Source: Longimicrobiales bacterium (GTDB lineage: Bacteria > Gemmatimonadota > Gemmatimonadetes > Longimicrobiales > Gaopeijiaceae). Taken from it: a DNA stretch of 64,000 nt. Both the position numbers and the translations under genes were made by a program. The stretch covers positions 82,364 to 146,363 of the forward strand of contig JAWLHJ010000005.1 in the NCBI GenBank assembly GCA_041690395.1, read 5' to 3'. A model generated the notes under the pieces. It saw only the letters and a list, made by a program, of their open reading frames with translations. It was not told the origin of the DNA and did no database searches. Shown here one piece after another: positions 8,322 through 16,911 of the stretch (position 1 is the stretch's first letter; each line of letters opens with the position of its first letter).

Positions 8322-9332
8322 ATGCCGAACCTTGGGGACCGTCTTCGGGCGGTCCGAGAAGGTGTCCGCATGAGCCTTCGCGAATTCGCTTCGAGCCTGT
8401 CGGATAACGGCGGGCTGGGGGTGTCCCACGCGACCGTGGGAAAATACGAACAGGGAACGCGCGTGCCTGCGGACTACGCGGCCGTGGTTGCCGAGGTTTT
8501 CGATGTTCCTCTGGATTGGCTCCTGCTGGGCGAGGGGCCGACCAAGCCGGTCCGTGAGCCGGCGCTCAAGAGAGCCCTGGGCCAGATTGCCGAAGCGATC
8601 GAGGATCTTCAGGCCCTACCGTCAGCCGTCCGTTCGCAGATCGACGAGTTCTTCAACGACACGCCGGAACTGTTCGCTATTCTCTCGCCGGCGGGGCAGA
8701 TCATGCGGGTCAATCCTCAGTGGCATCTCCTGCTCGGCTACCGGCAGGAAGAGCTCATCGGGAGGCCTCTGACGGATCTGGTCGACGCGAGTGACCAACC
8801 GTTCCTCGAAGAGGAGATCGCTCGCACCTTGGAGGGAGACCGAGCCCGGGTGTGCCTGATCCGAGTGCGGGCGCAGAAGGGCGGCGTCCGTTGGTTGTCG
8901 TGGATCGCGGGGTGGACGGGAAGCGTGATTGTCAGCGCGGCGCGGGACGTCACCGACGAGCATGAGGCACGAGCGAAGGAGCACCTGTTGCGGGTCGCCG
9001 TCGAGCAGTCCGCCGATTGCATGATGATCACGGATCGCCACGGGACGATCCAGTACGTGAATGGCGCGTTCGAGCGGATTACCGGCTTCGCAGTGGATGA
9101 GGCGACCGGCAAGACCCCCCGAATCCTGAAGTCGGGACGCCACGAGCCGGGATTCTACCAACGGCTTTGGACCACGATCGAGAGCGGGAAGGTGTTCAGG
9201 GGAGTGATCGTGAACCGTCGCAAGAGCGGCGAGTTGTACGAGGACGACCGGACCATAGCTCCGGTGAGAGGACCAAGAGGGGAGATTACCCACTTCGTGT
9301 CGACCGGGCGTGATCTGACGAGACCCCGGTAG
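8322..9332 (+). CDS. one-component regulator: XRE-type HTH fused to two PAS domains
   Basis: N-terminus LGDRLRAVREGVRMSLREFASSL...HATVGKYEQG is a Cro/C1 HTH; two PAS modules follow (PELFAILSPAGQIMRVNPQW..., ADCMMITDRHGTIQYVNGAFERITGF...). Confidence 0.8.
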   Translation: MPNLGDRLRAVREGVRMSLREFASSLSDNGGLGVSHATVGKYEQGTRVPADYAAVVAEVFDVPLDWLLLGEGPTKPVREPALKRALGQIAEAIEDLQALPSAVRSQIDEFFNDTPELFAILSPAGQIMRVNPQWHLLLGYRQEELIGRPLTDLVDASDQPFLEEEIARTLEGDRARVCLIRVRAQKGGVRWLSWIAGWTGSVIVSAARDVTDEHEARAKEHLLRVAVEQSADCMMITDRHGTIQYVNGAFERITGFAVDEATGKTPRILKSGRHEPGFYQRLWTTIESGKVFRGVIVNRRKSGELYEDDRTIAPVRGPRGEITHFVSTGRDLTRPR

Positions 9333-11385
9333 AATCGGCTGGAGCGGGGTCGAGCAAGCGGGAGTCGCGTCGGGGGACCGAGATGTTCAGGCGCCCGACG
9401 TGCCCGTGGTCGGCGTTCTCCCGCGGATACTCGCGCCAGGAGCGCGTGACCGGCGAGCAGGCGTACGGAAGGAAGACGCGGAAGCGGGTCCCCGTGCCCG
9501 GCGACGACTCGACGCCGACGAGCCCTCCGTGGGCTCGGACGATACCGATGGTCGTCGCCAAGCCCAGTCCGTGTCCGTCCTCTTTCGTCGTATAGAACGG
9601 ATCGAAGATGCGGTGCAAGGTGGACCGCTCCATGCCGCATCCGTCGTCCATGACCTCGAGGCACGCGTAGCGGCCAGGGGCGGCGGCATCCCCGAGATGC
9701 AGCGCCGGCAGCTCCGTGGCGTCGACCCAGGTCTCCCGCACCGAAACCGAGATCGTGCCGTGGGCGTCACCCAGGGCATCCGACGCGTTCATGATGAGAT
9801 TCATGACGACCTGGCGAATCTGGCTGGGGTCCCCGTGGATGGCATGCAGAGCCTCGGGCATGCCCAATTCGATGCGCGTCTTCGGTGACACGGCCCGCTC
9901 GAGGAGGCGGCCCATCTCCTGGACGAGCGCGGGGAGGTCGATGGGGCGTTTGACCGTGTCCGCCTTGCCCGCGAAGGTGAGAATCTGCTTGGTCAACTCC
10001 GCGGCGCGCAAAGCCGCCGTCTCGATCTGGGCCACGTACTCACTCACGGTCTCGTCGCCGTTCAACTCCAGCTTCGCGAGCTGAGCGTTACCAAGGATCC
10101 CCGTGAGGAGATTGTTGAAATCGTGAGCCACGCCCCCGGCCAGCATCCCCAGGCTGTCCAGACGCTGGGCGTGGCTGAACTGATCCTCGAGCTTCTTCTT
10201 CTCCCGCTCGGCTTCACGGCGCCAGGTTTGATCACGAGCGACCAGCAGAAGCGCGGGGACGCCTTCGTCCTCGATGGTCGTTCCCGTAACCTCCACGATC
10301 AGCGGGCCCGTCGGAGCGACCATGCGCGTTTCGAAGGCTCCTACGCCCCGGTGGCGAATCCGCTCGAGAGACGCGCGCACGTGATCGATGTCCTCTCCGG
10401 GCACAAGGTCGAGAAACGCCCATCCCGCGACCGCCCGGTCCGTCGATGTCAGGTGTGCATCTCCCCGAAGCACCTGTCCCGCCGCTTCACTGGCTCGGGT
10501 GATGGTTCCATGCTCATCGAGCACGACCACGAGGTCCGGGATCGCGTCGAACAGGGACCGGAATCTGCGCTCCGACGCGTTCAGCTCCCGGGTCCGCTCC
10601 TCGAGCATCGACTCCACCCGGATGAGGGCGCGCTCGCGTTGCGCCCGCCTCGCCAACTCGACGACGAGGGCCGGGTCGAAGGGCTTGCGGACGTACCCGT
10701 CGGCCCCCATCCGCATCAAGGATACGGGGAGGGTGAGATCCATGTCCCCCGTCATCACGAGGAGGACCGCCTGCGTGGATGACCCGCGAAGCCGCGAGAC
10801 CAGACCCTCGCAGGTGTCGTCCGGCAGATGGTAGTCCAGGAGCACGATATCAGCGGGGCATTCGTTCCAAAGGTCCATGCCCTGGGCCGCCGTCGGAGCT
10901 GCCTGGACGGTGAAGCCGTGGTGTTCGAAGGCCGTCGTCACGGCCCGTCTGACGCCGGAATCGTCCTCCACCACCAGCACCCTCGAGCGCCTGCGAGGGA
11001 CCTTTCCGTTCAGCAGGTCCACTACATGCTCGAGCAGGTCCTCCCGGTTGAACGGGAGGGGGAGGAAGGCGTTGGCTCCCAACTCCGCGGTAAGGGTGTC
11101 GGGGTCCACGTCGGTCAACGACGCCGATACGATCAGGATCGGCGTGCTGTTGTAGGCCTGGAATGCGTCCGAGCGGAGGAGGCGGCAGAATTTCCACCCG
11201 TCGACCCCGGGCATGTGCATGTCCAGGACGAAGAGGTCGGTCGTGAAGCCCCCCTCGAGGTCGGTGAGACACGCGCACGGGTCGTCGTAGGCGGTCACGT
11301 CGTACCCGAGGCGCTCGATGAGGCCCGAGATCATGCGGAGCTGGGCCCGGTCGTCGTTGATCACGGAGATCCTTCGAGCGCTCAT
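9286..11385 (-). CDS. REC-REC-PAS-HisKA-HATPase hybrid histidine kinase
   Basis: Two receiver domains (LFVLDMHMPGVDG; IVLLDYHLPDD), PAS, H-box GVAHDFNNLL, DDGCGM/GHGLGLA; ATGA start/stop overlap with the upstream gene at 11382-11385. Confidence 0.88.
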   Translation of the reverse strand: MSARRISVINDDRAQLRMISGLIERLGYDVTAYDDPCACLTDLEGGFTTDLFVLDMHMPGVDGWKFCRLLRSDAFQAYNSTPILIVSASLTDVDPDTLTAELGANAFLPLPFNREDLLEHVVDLLNGKVPRRRSRVLVVEDDSGVRRAVTTAFEHHGFTVQAAPTAAQGMDLWNECPADIVLLDYHLPDDTCEGLVSRLRGSSTQAVLLVMTGDMDLTLPVSLMRMGADGYVRKPFDPALVVELARRAQRERALIRVESMLEERTRELNASERRFRSLFDAIPDLVVVLDEHGTITRASEAAGQVLRGDAHLTSTDRAVAGWAFLDLVPGEDIDHVRASLERIRHRGVGAFETRMVAPTGPLIVEVTGTTIEDEGVPALLLVARDQTWRREAEREKKKLEDQFSHAQRLDSLGMLAGGVAHDFNNLLTGILGNAQLAKLELNGDETVSEYVAQIETAALRAAELTKQILTFAGKADTVKRPIDLPALVQEMGRLLERAVSPKTRIELGMPEALHAIHGDPSQIRQVVMNLIMNASDALGDAHGTISVSVRETWVDATELPALHLGDAAAPGRYACLEVMDDGCGMERSTLHRIFDPFYTTKEDGHGLGLATTIGIVRAHGGLVGVESSPGTGTRFRVFLPYACSPVTRSWREYPRENADHGHVGRLNISVPRRDSRLLDPAPADSTGVSSDHARSTRSG

Positions 11386-13949
11386 CGGTCGGGATCTTCC
11401 CAGTGCGTGGTACGAAGGAGCGCCCCGAGCTCCCGGGCACGGTGGACGATGGTATCCAGAAGCACATTTGCCTGCAGTCCGTCACCGGCGACCCACCGGG
11501 CCTCGGCGTCGCGTGCGGCGCGGGCGAGCCGCTTGGCCCCGATGTTGGCGGCGGAGCCTTTGAGGCGATGAGCGACCGATGCCAGGGTCTGGAAGTCGGC
11601 GTCGTCCACCCCGCGCCGGAGCTCCGCCTCCAACATCGGCCAGTCTTCCATGAAGAGGCCCGTGACGACGTCCACGATCTCGACGGACCCCCCGGTTCTC
11701 GCCATCAGGTCCATCACGTCCAGGGTCGGAAGGTCGTCGCCGGGGCTGGGCGTGGACGCCACCTCGGCCCGACGGCCGTGCTCGGCTTCGGCCGCGGGAA
11801 GCCAGCGGGCGAGCGCGGCCTTCAGGCTCTCCATGGTGATGGGCTTGGCGAGGTGGTCGTTCATGCCGCTCGCGAGGGCCCGCTCCCGGTCCGCGGGCAT
11901 CGCCGAAGCCGTCAGCGCCATGATCGGGAGGCGATCCCACCCCGCTGATCTGAGAGTCTCCGTCGTCTGGTATCCGTCCATGCCGGGCATCTGGCAGTCC
12001 ATCAGAATGAGGTCGAAGTCCTGCACCTTGAGGGCGGCGAGCACTCCGTGTCCGTTCTCCACAGTCTCGACCTCACACCCGAGATGCTGCAGCATCTCTC
12101 TCGCCACCAGGCGGCTGGTCGGGTCGTCCTCGGCCACGAGGATCCTGGCGGAACCGACCGTGCCGCTCTCGACCGGAGGACGTTCCGGGTGGCTCGGGAC
12201 CCCCTCGATGAGCGACAGGAGCCGCCGCTCCCGGACGGGTCGCCCGAGCCAGTGGTGGAACCCGTGCTCCTTCAAACGGACCCCATCGTCGCGAGCCCCG
12301 GGAGGAACCAGCGCGAGCAGCTCGCATTCCGGCGGCAGGCCTCCGGCTTCGAGCTGGCCGGGCAGGTCCAGCATCGCATCGGGGCGCCAACCGACGTCCG
12401 CGACGACCCATGCCAGGTGAGGCCGCGCGGGGAGACGGGCCAGCAACTCGGACCGGGTCGAGACCGCTTCGGCGTGGGCTCCCACCAGGGAGGCGACCTG
12501 GAGCACCCGGGTTCGTATGATGGTCCGGGGCGACATGACGATCATGGTGGGGCCACGCCGGTCGTCTCCCGCGCGCGTGCCGATCCGATCGTGACCGACG
12601 GGGTGCCCCGTAGGAAGGTCGAGCCAGAACGTGGACCCGGCGCCGGGACGGCTCTCGGCCCAGAGCTCTCCGCCCATGAGCCGTGCGAGCCTCCGACTGA
12701 TGGCGAGGCCGAGTCCGGTTCCACCGTATCGCCGGGTGGTAGAGGAGTCCGCCTGCGCGAACTTGTCGAAGATGTGCTCCAGCTTGTCGGGATCGATTCC
12801 GATGCCCGTGTCTTCGACTCCGATCCGGACCCGATCCGCGGTCCGCCCCGCTTCCACGCGGATCAGGACGTGACCGTGCTCGGTGAACTTCACGGCGTTG
12901 GCCACCAGGTTGGTGAGGACCTGTCGGATCCGACCGGGATCACCCACGATGTTCCGGGTGGCGAAGGGGTCGTAGAGCACAGCGGTCTCCACGCGCTTTT
13001 CGGCGGCCCGAGGAGCGAGTAGCTCCGCCACGTCTTCCACGCTATCGGCGAGGTCGAAGCGGATAGACTCCAACTCGATCATGCCGGCCTCGACCTTCGA
13101 GTAGTCGAGGATGTCGTCGATGATGGAGACGAGGCTGTCGGCCGAGCGGATGATGGCGCCGACCTGCTCGTGCTGCTCCTCGTCGAGGGGCGTGAGGGCC
13201 AGGAGTGAAGCCATGCCCGTGATCCCGTTGATGGGCGTACGGATCTCGTGGCTCATGTTCGCGAGGAACTCGCTCTTGGCCTTGCTCGCCGCGTGCGCGG
13301 CCTTTTCAGAGCGCTCCAATTGCTCCGTCCGCTCTGCCACCAGCTTCGAGAGGTTCTCGTTGTGCTGTGAGAGCTGGCGCTGGAGTATCCCGGATTCCAG
13401 GGCGTTGGAACAGCTCGTCAGGACGAGAGAGAGGGCCTTGTCCGCCGCATCGGGGAGGAACGTCTTGCCTTCACCCAGCCGGCCGATGAACATCCCCAGG
13501 ACCCGGGAGGGTGTCGCGAGCACGTGCAGCACGATGTAACGGTCGCGCCGGGAGCTCCGCACGACGATCGAGCGGTTCTCGTACAGAGACCACGCGAATG
13601 TCCCATGCTCGATGTGGTGGTCGACCTCGGTGCGGATCGCTTCGGTCTCCCCGGGATCGTCGATGGCCGCGATATCGAACTCCAGACCGTCCTGGTCGGT
13701 CTCCAGGAAGGCGAGAACGTCGAATTCGCCCAGACGCCGTAAGACCGGACCGGCCGCCTCGAATACGCTCCGCATCTCGGGTGTCGCCCCGAGGCCGAGC
13801 TGGAGCCGCAGACAGACCGAGGCCACCGCATCGAGAGCTCGCTCGAACCACTCGGTGCGAGCTTCGTCTCCGGCGGAGTCTCGCCACCCCATGGGATCGT
13901 CGGCCGCGGGGTCCGTCCGCGCGTCGGAGGGCTGCGGTACCGTGATCAT
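11382..13949 (-). CDS. hybrid sensor kinase: N-terminal sensor, HisKA, HATPase, pseudo-receiver, REC, Hpt
   Basis: ATG 13947-13949 (MITVPQPS...), ATGA overlap with HDOD gene stop; H-box MSHEIRTPINGI, DTGIGI/GTGLGLA, REC LILMDCQMPGMDG, Hpt HRLKGSAANIG. Confidence 0.88.
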   Translation of the reverse strand: MITVPQPSDARTDPAADDPMGWRDSAGDEARTEWFERALDAVASVCLRLQLGLGATPEMRSVFEAAGPVLRRLGEFDVLAFLETDQDGLEFDIAAIDDPGETEAIRTEVDHHIEHGTFAWSLYENRSIVVRSSRRDRYIVLHVLATPSRVLGMFIGRLGEGKTFLPDAADKALSLVLTSCSNALESGILQRQLSQHNENLSKLVAERTEQLERSEKAAHAASKAKSEFLANMSHEIRTPINGITGMASLLALTPLDEEQHEQVGAIIRSADSLVSIIDDILDYSKVEAGMIELESIRFDLADSVEDVAELLAPRAAEKRVETAVLYDPFATRNIVGDPGRIRQVLTNLVANAVKFTEHGHVLIRVEAGRTADRVRIGVEDTGIGIDPDKLEHIFDKFAQADSSTTRRYGGTGLGLAISRRLARLMGGELWAESRPGAGSTFWLDLPTGHPVGHDRIGTRAGDDRRGPTMIVMSPRTIIRTRVLQVASLVGAHAEAVSTRSELLARLPARPHLAWVVADVGWRPDAMLDLPGQLEAGGLPPECELLALVPPGARDDGVRLKEHGFHHWLGRPVRERRLLSLIEGVPSHPERPPVESGTVGSARILVAEDDPTSRLVAREMLQHLGCEVETVENGHGVLAALKVQDFDLILMDCQMPGMDGYQTTETLRSAGWDRLPIMALTASAMPADRERALASGMNDHLAKPITMESLKAALARWLPAAEAEHGRRAEVASTPSPGDDLPTLDVMDLMARTGGSVEIVDVVTGLFMEDWPMLEAELRRGVDDADFQTLASVAHRLKGSAANIGAKRLARAARDAEARWVAGDGLQANVLLDTIVHRARELGALLRTTHWEDPDR

Positions 13950-14815
13950 GCCCCGGGGTCGTCTTCGATGAGTTGGACCACCGCCAGCCACTGCTGCTCC
14001 GCGTCGTCGAGCATGCGAGGGACGACGGCGGGATCCACACCGAGGGTGTCCCAGGCGGACGGCAGGAGCACTGGAGCCGTGATGCGGCCGCTCGAGCCCC
14101 AGCCGAGAGCCGAGGCCATGAGGTCCGAGACATGGACCGTGGCGGTCTCGGTCGGGAAGCGATCGGCTCGCCGGGGGTCGTGGTGGTACCGCACGGCCTC
14201 CTCCAGCGCTGCCGGGAAGTTCCACTTCGACAGGAGCTTGCCGCCGACGAGTGCGTGGTCGCAGCCGACATGCGTTCGCTCCGACTCGGTGAGGTCGATG
14301 CCTGCGCGCCGGGCTTCGCCGAGGGCTTCACGGATTTCCTCGGCGGCGTGCATCATCATGATCAGACGCCCGATGTCGTGCAGCAGCCCCGCCACCAGGA
14401 AGCGCTCGGGGTTGTCCTCTCCCCTGTGACGGGCGAGGACGCGGGCGATCACGCCGCATCCGAGGCTGTGGCTCCAGAACGAGGAGGGGCTGACCAGATC
14501 TTCCGGGACGTCGTCGAACATGGAGATGATGGAGGTCGCGGTGGCGAGGTCGCGGATCTGGCTGATGCCCACCACGCGGACCGCCTCGGTGACGGTGTCG
14601 ACCTTCCAGGGGAGGGAGAACAGGGCCGAGTTGACGAGCTTGAGCACCCGGGCCGTGAGCGCCTGGTCCTCACTGATCACCCGGCCGATGTCCGCGATGC
14701 CGGCGCGGGGATCCGCGATGACCTGCATGAGACGCTGGTACACCAGGGGCGGGGAGGCGACGGTGGAGGCCGCTTCGATCAGCTCATTCGCTCGGGATAC
14801 GACGTGGGTACTCAT
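13946..14815 (-). CDS. HDOD-domain signalling protein
   Basis: ATG 14813-14815 (MSTHVVSRANE...); PPLVYQRLMQVIADP..., ISEDQALTARVLKLVNSALF, GLLHDIGRL are typical HDOD motifs. Confidence 0.85.
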   Translation of the reverse strand: MSTHVVSRANELIEAASTVASPPLVYQRLMQVIADPRAGIADIGRVISEDQALTARVLKLVNSALFSLPWKVDTVTEAVRVVGISQIRDLATATSIISMFDDVPEDLVSPSSFWSHSLGCGVIARVLARHRGEDNPERFLVAGLLHDIGRLIMMMHAAEEIREALGEARRAGIDLTESERTHVGCDHALVGGKLLSKWNFPAALEEAVRYHHDPRRADRFPTETATVHVSDLMASALGWGSSGRITAPVLLPSAWDTLGVDPAVVPRMLDDAEQQWLAVVQLIEDDPGA

Positions 14816-15156
14816 CGGTGCGCCTCCGTACGCGCATGGAGGCGTTCGGCACCACGCCGGACCGCGTGCGCGTGCAGAGCCACGATCAACGGATGCTCCG
14901 GATCGTTGGCCCCCATGCGGCGGTCGACCTCCGCCGTGGCGAGCTCGACGGTCTCCGGATCCAGATCGAGAGGCTCGGCGACTTGACCGTCGGGCCCCTC
15001 GATTTCGATATGGTCGATTCCCCATGTACGAAGCGCCCGCACGTGTCGCTCGGAGATCTCGCACCCCTCCGGGATCAGCAGACGCCCCCGTCGGTCGAGC
15101 ACCGGGGCCGTGAGGGTCATGCCCGGGCGGGCAGCTTCAGCCGCGATTTGGGCCAT
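14812..15156 (-). CDS. small protein resembling the N-terminal domain of HD-GYP proteins (DUF3391-like)
   Basis: ARPGMTLTAPVLDRRGRLLIPEGCEISERHVRALRTWGIDHIEI pattern; ATGA overlap with HDOD gene start. Confidence 0.55.
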   Translation of the reverse strand: MAQIAAEAARPGMTLTAPVLDRRGRLLIPEGCEISERHVRALRTWGIDHIEIEGPDGQVAEPLDLDPETVELATAEVDRRMGANDPEHPLIVALHAHAVRRGAERLHARTEAHR

Positions 15157-15219
15157 GTGTGCGATCTCGTTCGGTAGGGTCTGTGCGTACCTCGGGATCG
15201 AGCTCCCGCCGAGGCCTCT

Positions 15220-16911
15220 TCAATCGTGACGGGTGAGCCTGTCTTCCACCCGCCTCACGAGCTCAGTGACCTCGAAAGGCTTCGCGAGGAGGGCGTCTGG
15301 ATCCCAGGCCAACCACTCGGAGATCTGGGGGACGTCCGCGAAGCCGGAGACGAAGAGCACGGAGGTGCCCGGCTGCTCGGATCGTATCCATCGGGCCAGC
15401 TCCGCCCCGTCCATGCCGGGCATCATCACGTCGGTGATCACGACGTCGAACGGCGGCTGCGACCCACGAAAGATGCTCATGGCCGACGAAGCGCTCGGAG
15501 CAGCCACCACATCATAGCCTCGACGTTTCAGGGCGCGCTCCATCACGCGGCGTACAGGAGCCTCGTCGTCCACGACCAGGATCCGCGGCTCGCTTCCCCC
15601 CTTCGGACCGGGCACATGTCGACCGAGCTCCGGCGGAAGAGGGGTGGAGTCGCTCCGGTGCAGGGGTAGAAGGATCTTGACCAAGGTGCCGTGCGCAGGG
15701 GCGCTGATGACGCTCACGTGGCCTCGAGCCCTGAGCACGTGGCCGTACACCGTGGTGAGACCCAGCCCCGCCCCTCGACCCAGGGGCTTCGTCGTGAAGA
15801 AGGGGTCGAAGACTCTCCTGCGCGTGTCGGCGTTCATACCGATGCCCGTGTCTCCCACGGCGATTGACACGTAGTCGCCGGGAGGGACAGGGGGATCGTA
15901 GTCCATGCCATCCGTATCCTCCGGAGCCGAAACGTTGGCGGTCTCCAGCACGATTCGGCCTCCTCCCGGCATGGCGTTCCGCGCGTTCTCGACCAGGCTC
16001 AATAGCACCTGGGTCATGCGTTCCTGATCGATGCGCACGAGGCCCGCGTCCCGGTCGAGCCGCAATACGACGTCCACGCCCTGGCCGGCGATCATACGCA
16101 GCGTGCCCACGAGATCCGAGATCAGGTCGGTCAGGCTCAGCGTCTCGTCACACGACAGCTCCGACCTGCTGAAGACGAGGAGCCGCTCCGTGATCTCTCC
16201 GGCGCGTCGCGCGGCGTTCAGGATGTGGGATACGCCGTCCATCGCGTCGGTGTAATCGCCGGCGAGAAGTTCCTGGGCCTCGCCGATGATGGCCGCCAGC
16301 AGGTTGTTGTACTCGTGGGCGATCCCTCCCGCGAATCGGACCACCGCCTCCATCTTGTGGCTCTGGGTCGACCTCTCTCGATCTTCGCGGGCGCTGGTCA
16401 CGTCGTCGGCGCTGAACACGACGACCGGTTGCTCCGACCCCGGCAACGTCCTCAGGCGTCCTCGCACGCTCACGGTGACATCCATGCCGTCGGCTCGAAC
16501 GATGTCCAGGTCGAGAGGCTCGCCGACTCCGTTCCCGAGACGCTCACGGATGACGTCCGCGGCGAGCTCCGGGGCCCGGTGGAACGAGGCCAGGGACATC
16601 CCTTCCGCGTCCTCCTCCCCGCGAAGTCCGAGGATTCCGGCGAGAGCTCGGTTCGCGCTGAGGAGCCTCCCATCCAGGCTCGCGACGCCGATCCCCACGG
16701 GTGCCTCTTCCAGCACCGTATCGGCACGCGGTGGGGTCACGTGGGTCAGAGTCGGGCTCATGAGTTCAGGCTGGAGAGGCATCGGGCGACGTACGTCGTG
16801 GAGTATCGGCAGGACCCCCGGGGCGCTGGAGTCACGAGGTGCGTGATCACGCTCAGGCCACGGGAGGGGGCGCTCAATACCTGTCGATAGGACGTCGATA
16901 CTGGCCCCCAT
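15220..16911 (-). CDS. PAS-HisKA-HATPase-REC hybrid histidine kinase
   Basis: H-box GIAHEYNNLL, DTGIGM, GAGLGLT, C-terminal REC (VVITDVMMPGMDG). Start uncertain: ATG 16909-16911 or ATG 16780-16782 (MPLQPEL...); the 17043 track start would overlap the divergent gene. Confidence 0.8.
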   Translation of the reverse strand: MGASIDVLSTGIERPLPWPERDHAPRDSSAPGVLPILHDVRRPMPLQPELMSPTLTHVTPPRADTVLEEAPVGIGVASLDGRLLSANRALAGILGLRGEEDAEGMSLASFHRAPELAADVIRERLGNGVGEPLDLDIVRADGMDVTVSVRGRLRTLPGSEQPVVVFSADDVTSAREDRERSTQSHKMEAVVRFAGGIAHEYNNLLAAIIGEAQELLAGDYTDAMDGVSHILNAARRAGEITERLLVFSRSELSCDETLSLTDLISDLVGTLRMIAGQGVDVVLRLDRDAGLVRIDQERMTQVLLSLVENARNAMPGGGRIVLETANVSAPEDTDGMDYDPPVPPGDYVSIAVGDTGIGMNADTRRRVFDPFFTTKPLGRGAGLGLTTVYGHVLRARGHVSVISAPAHGTLVKILLPLHRSDSTPLPPELGRHVPGPKGGSEPRILVVDDEAPVRRVMERALKRRGYDVVAAPSASSAMSIFRGSQPPFDVVITDVMMPGMDGAELARWIRSEQPGTSVLFVSGFADVPQISEWLAWDPDALLAKPFEVTELVRRVEDRLTRHD

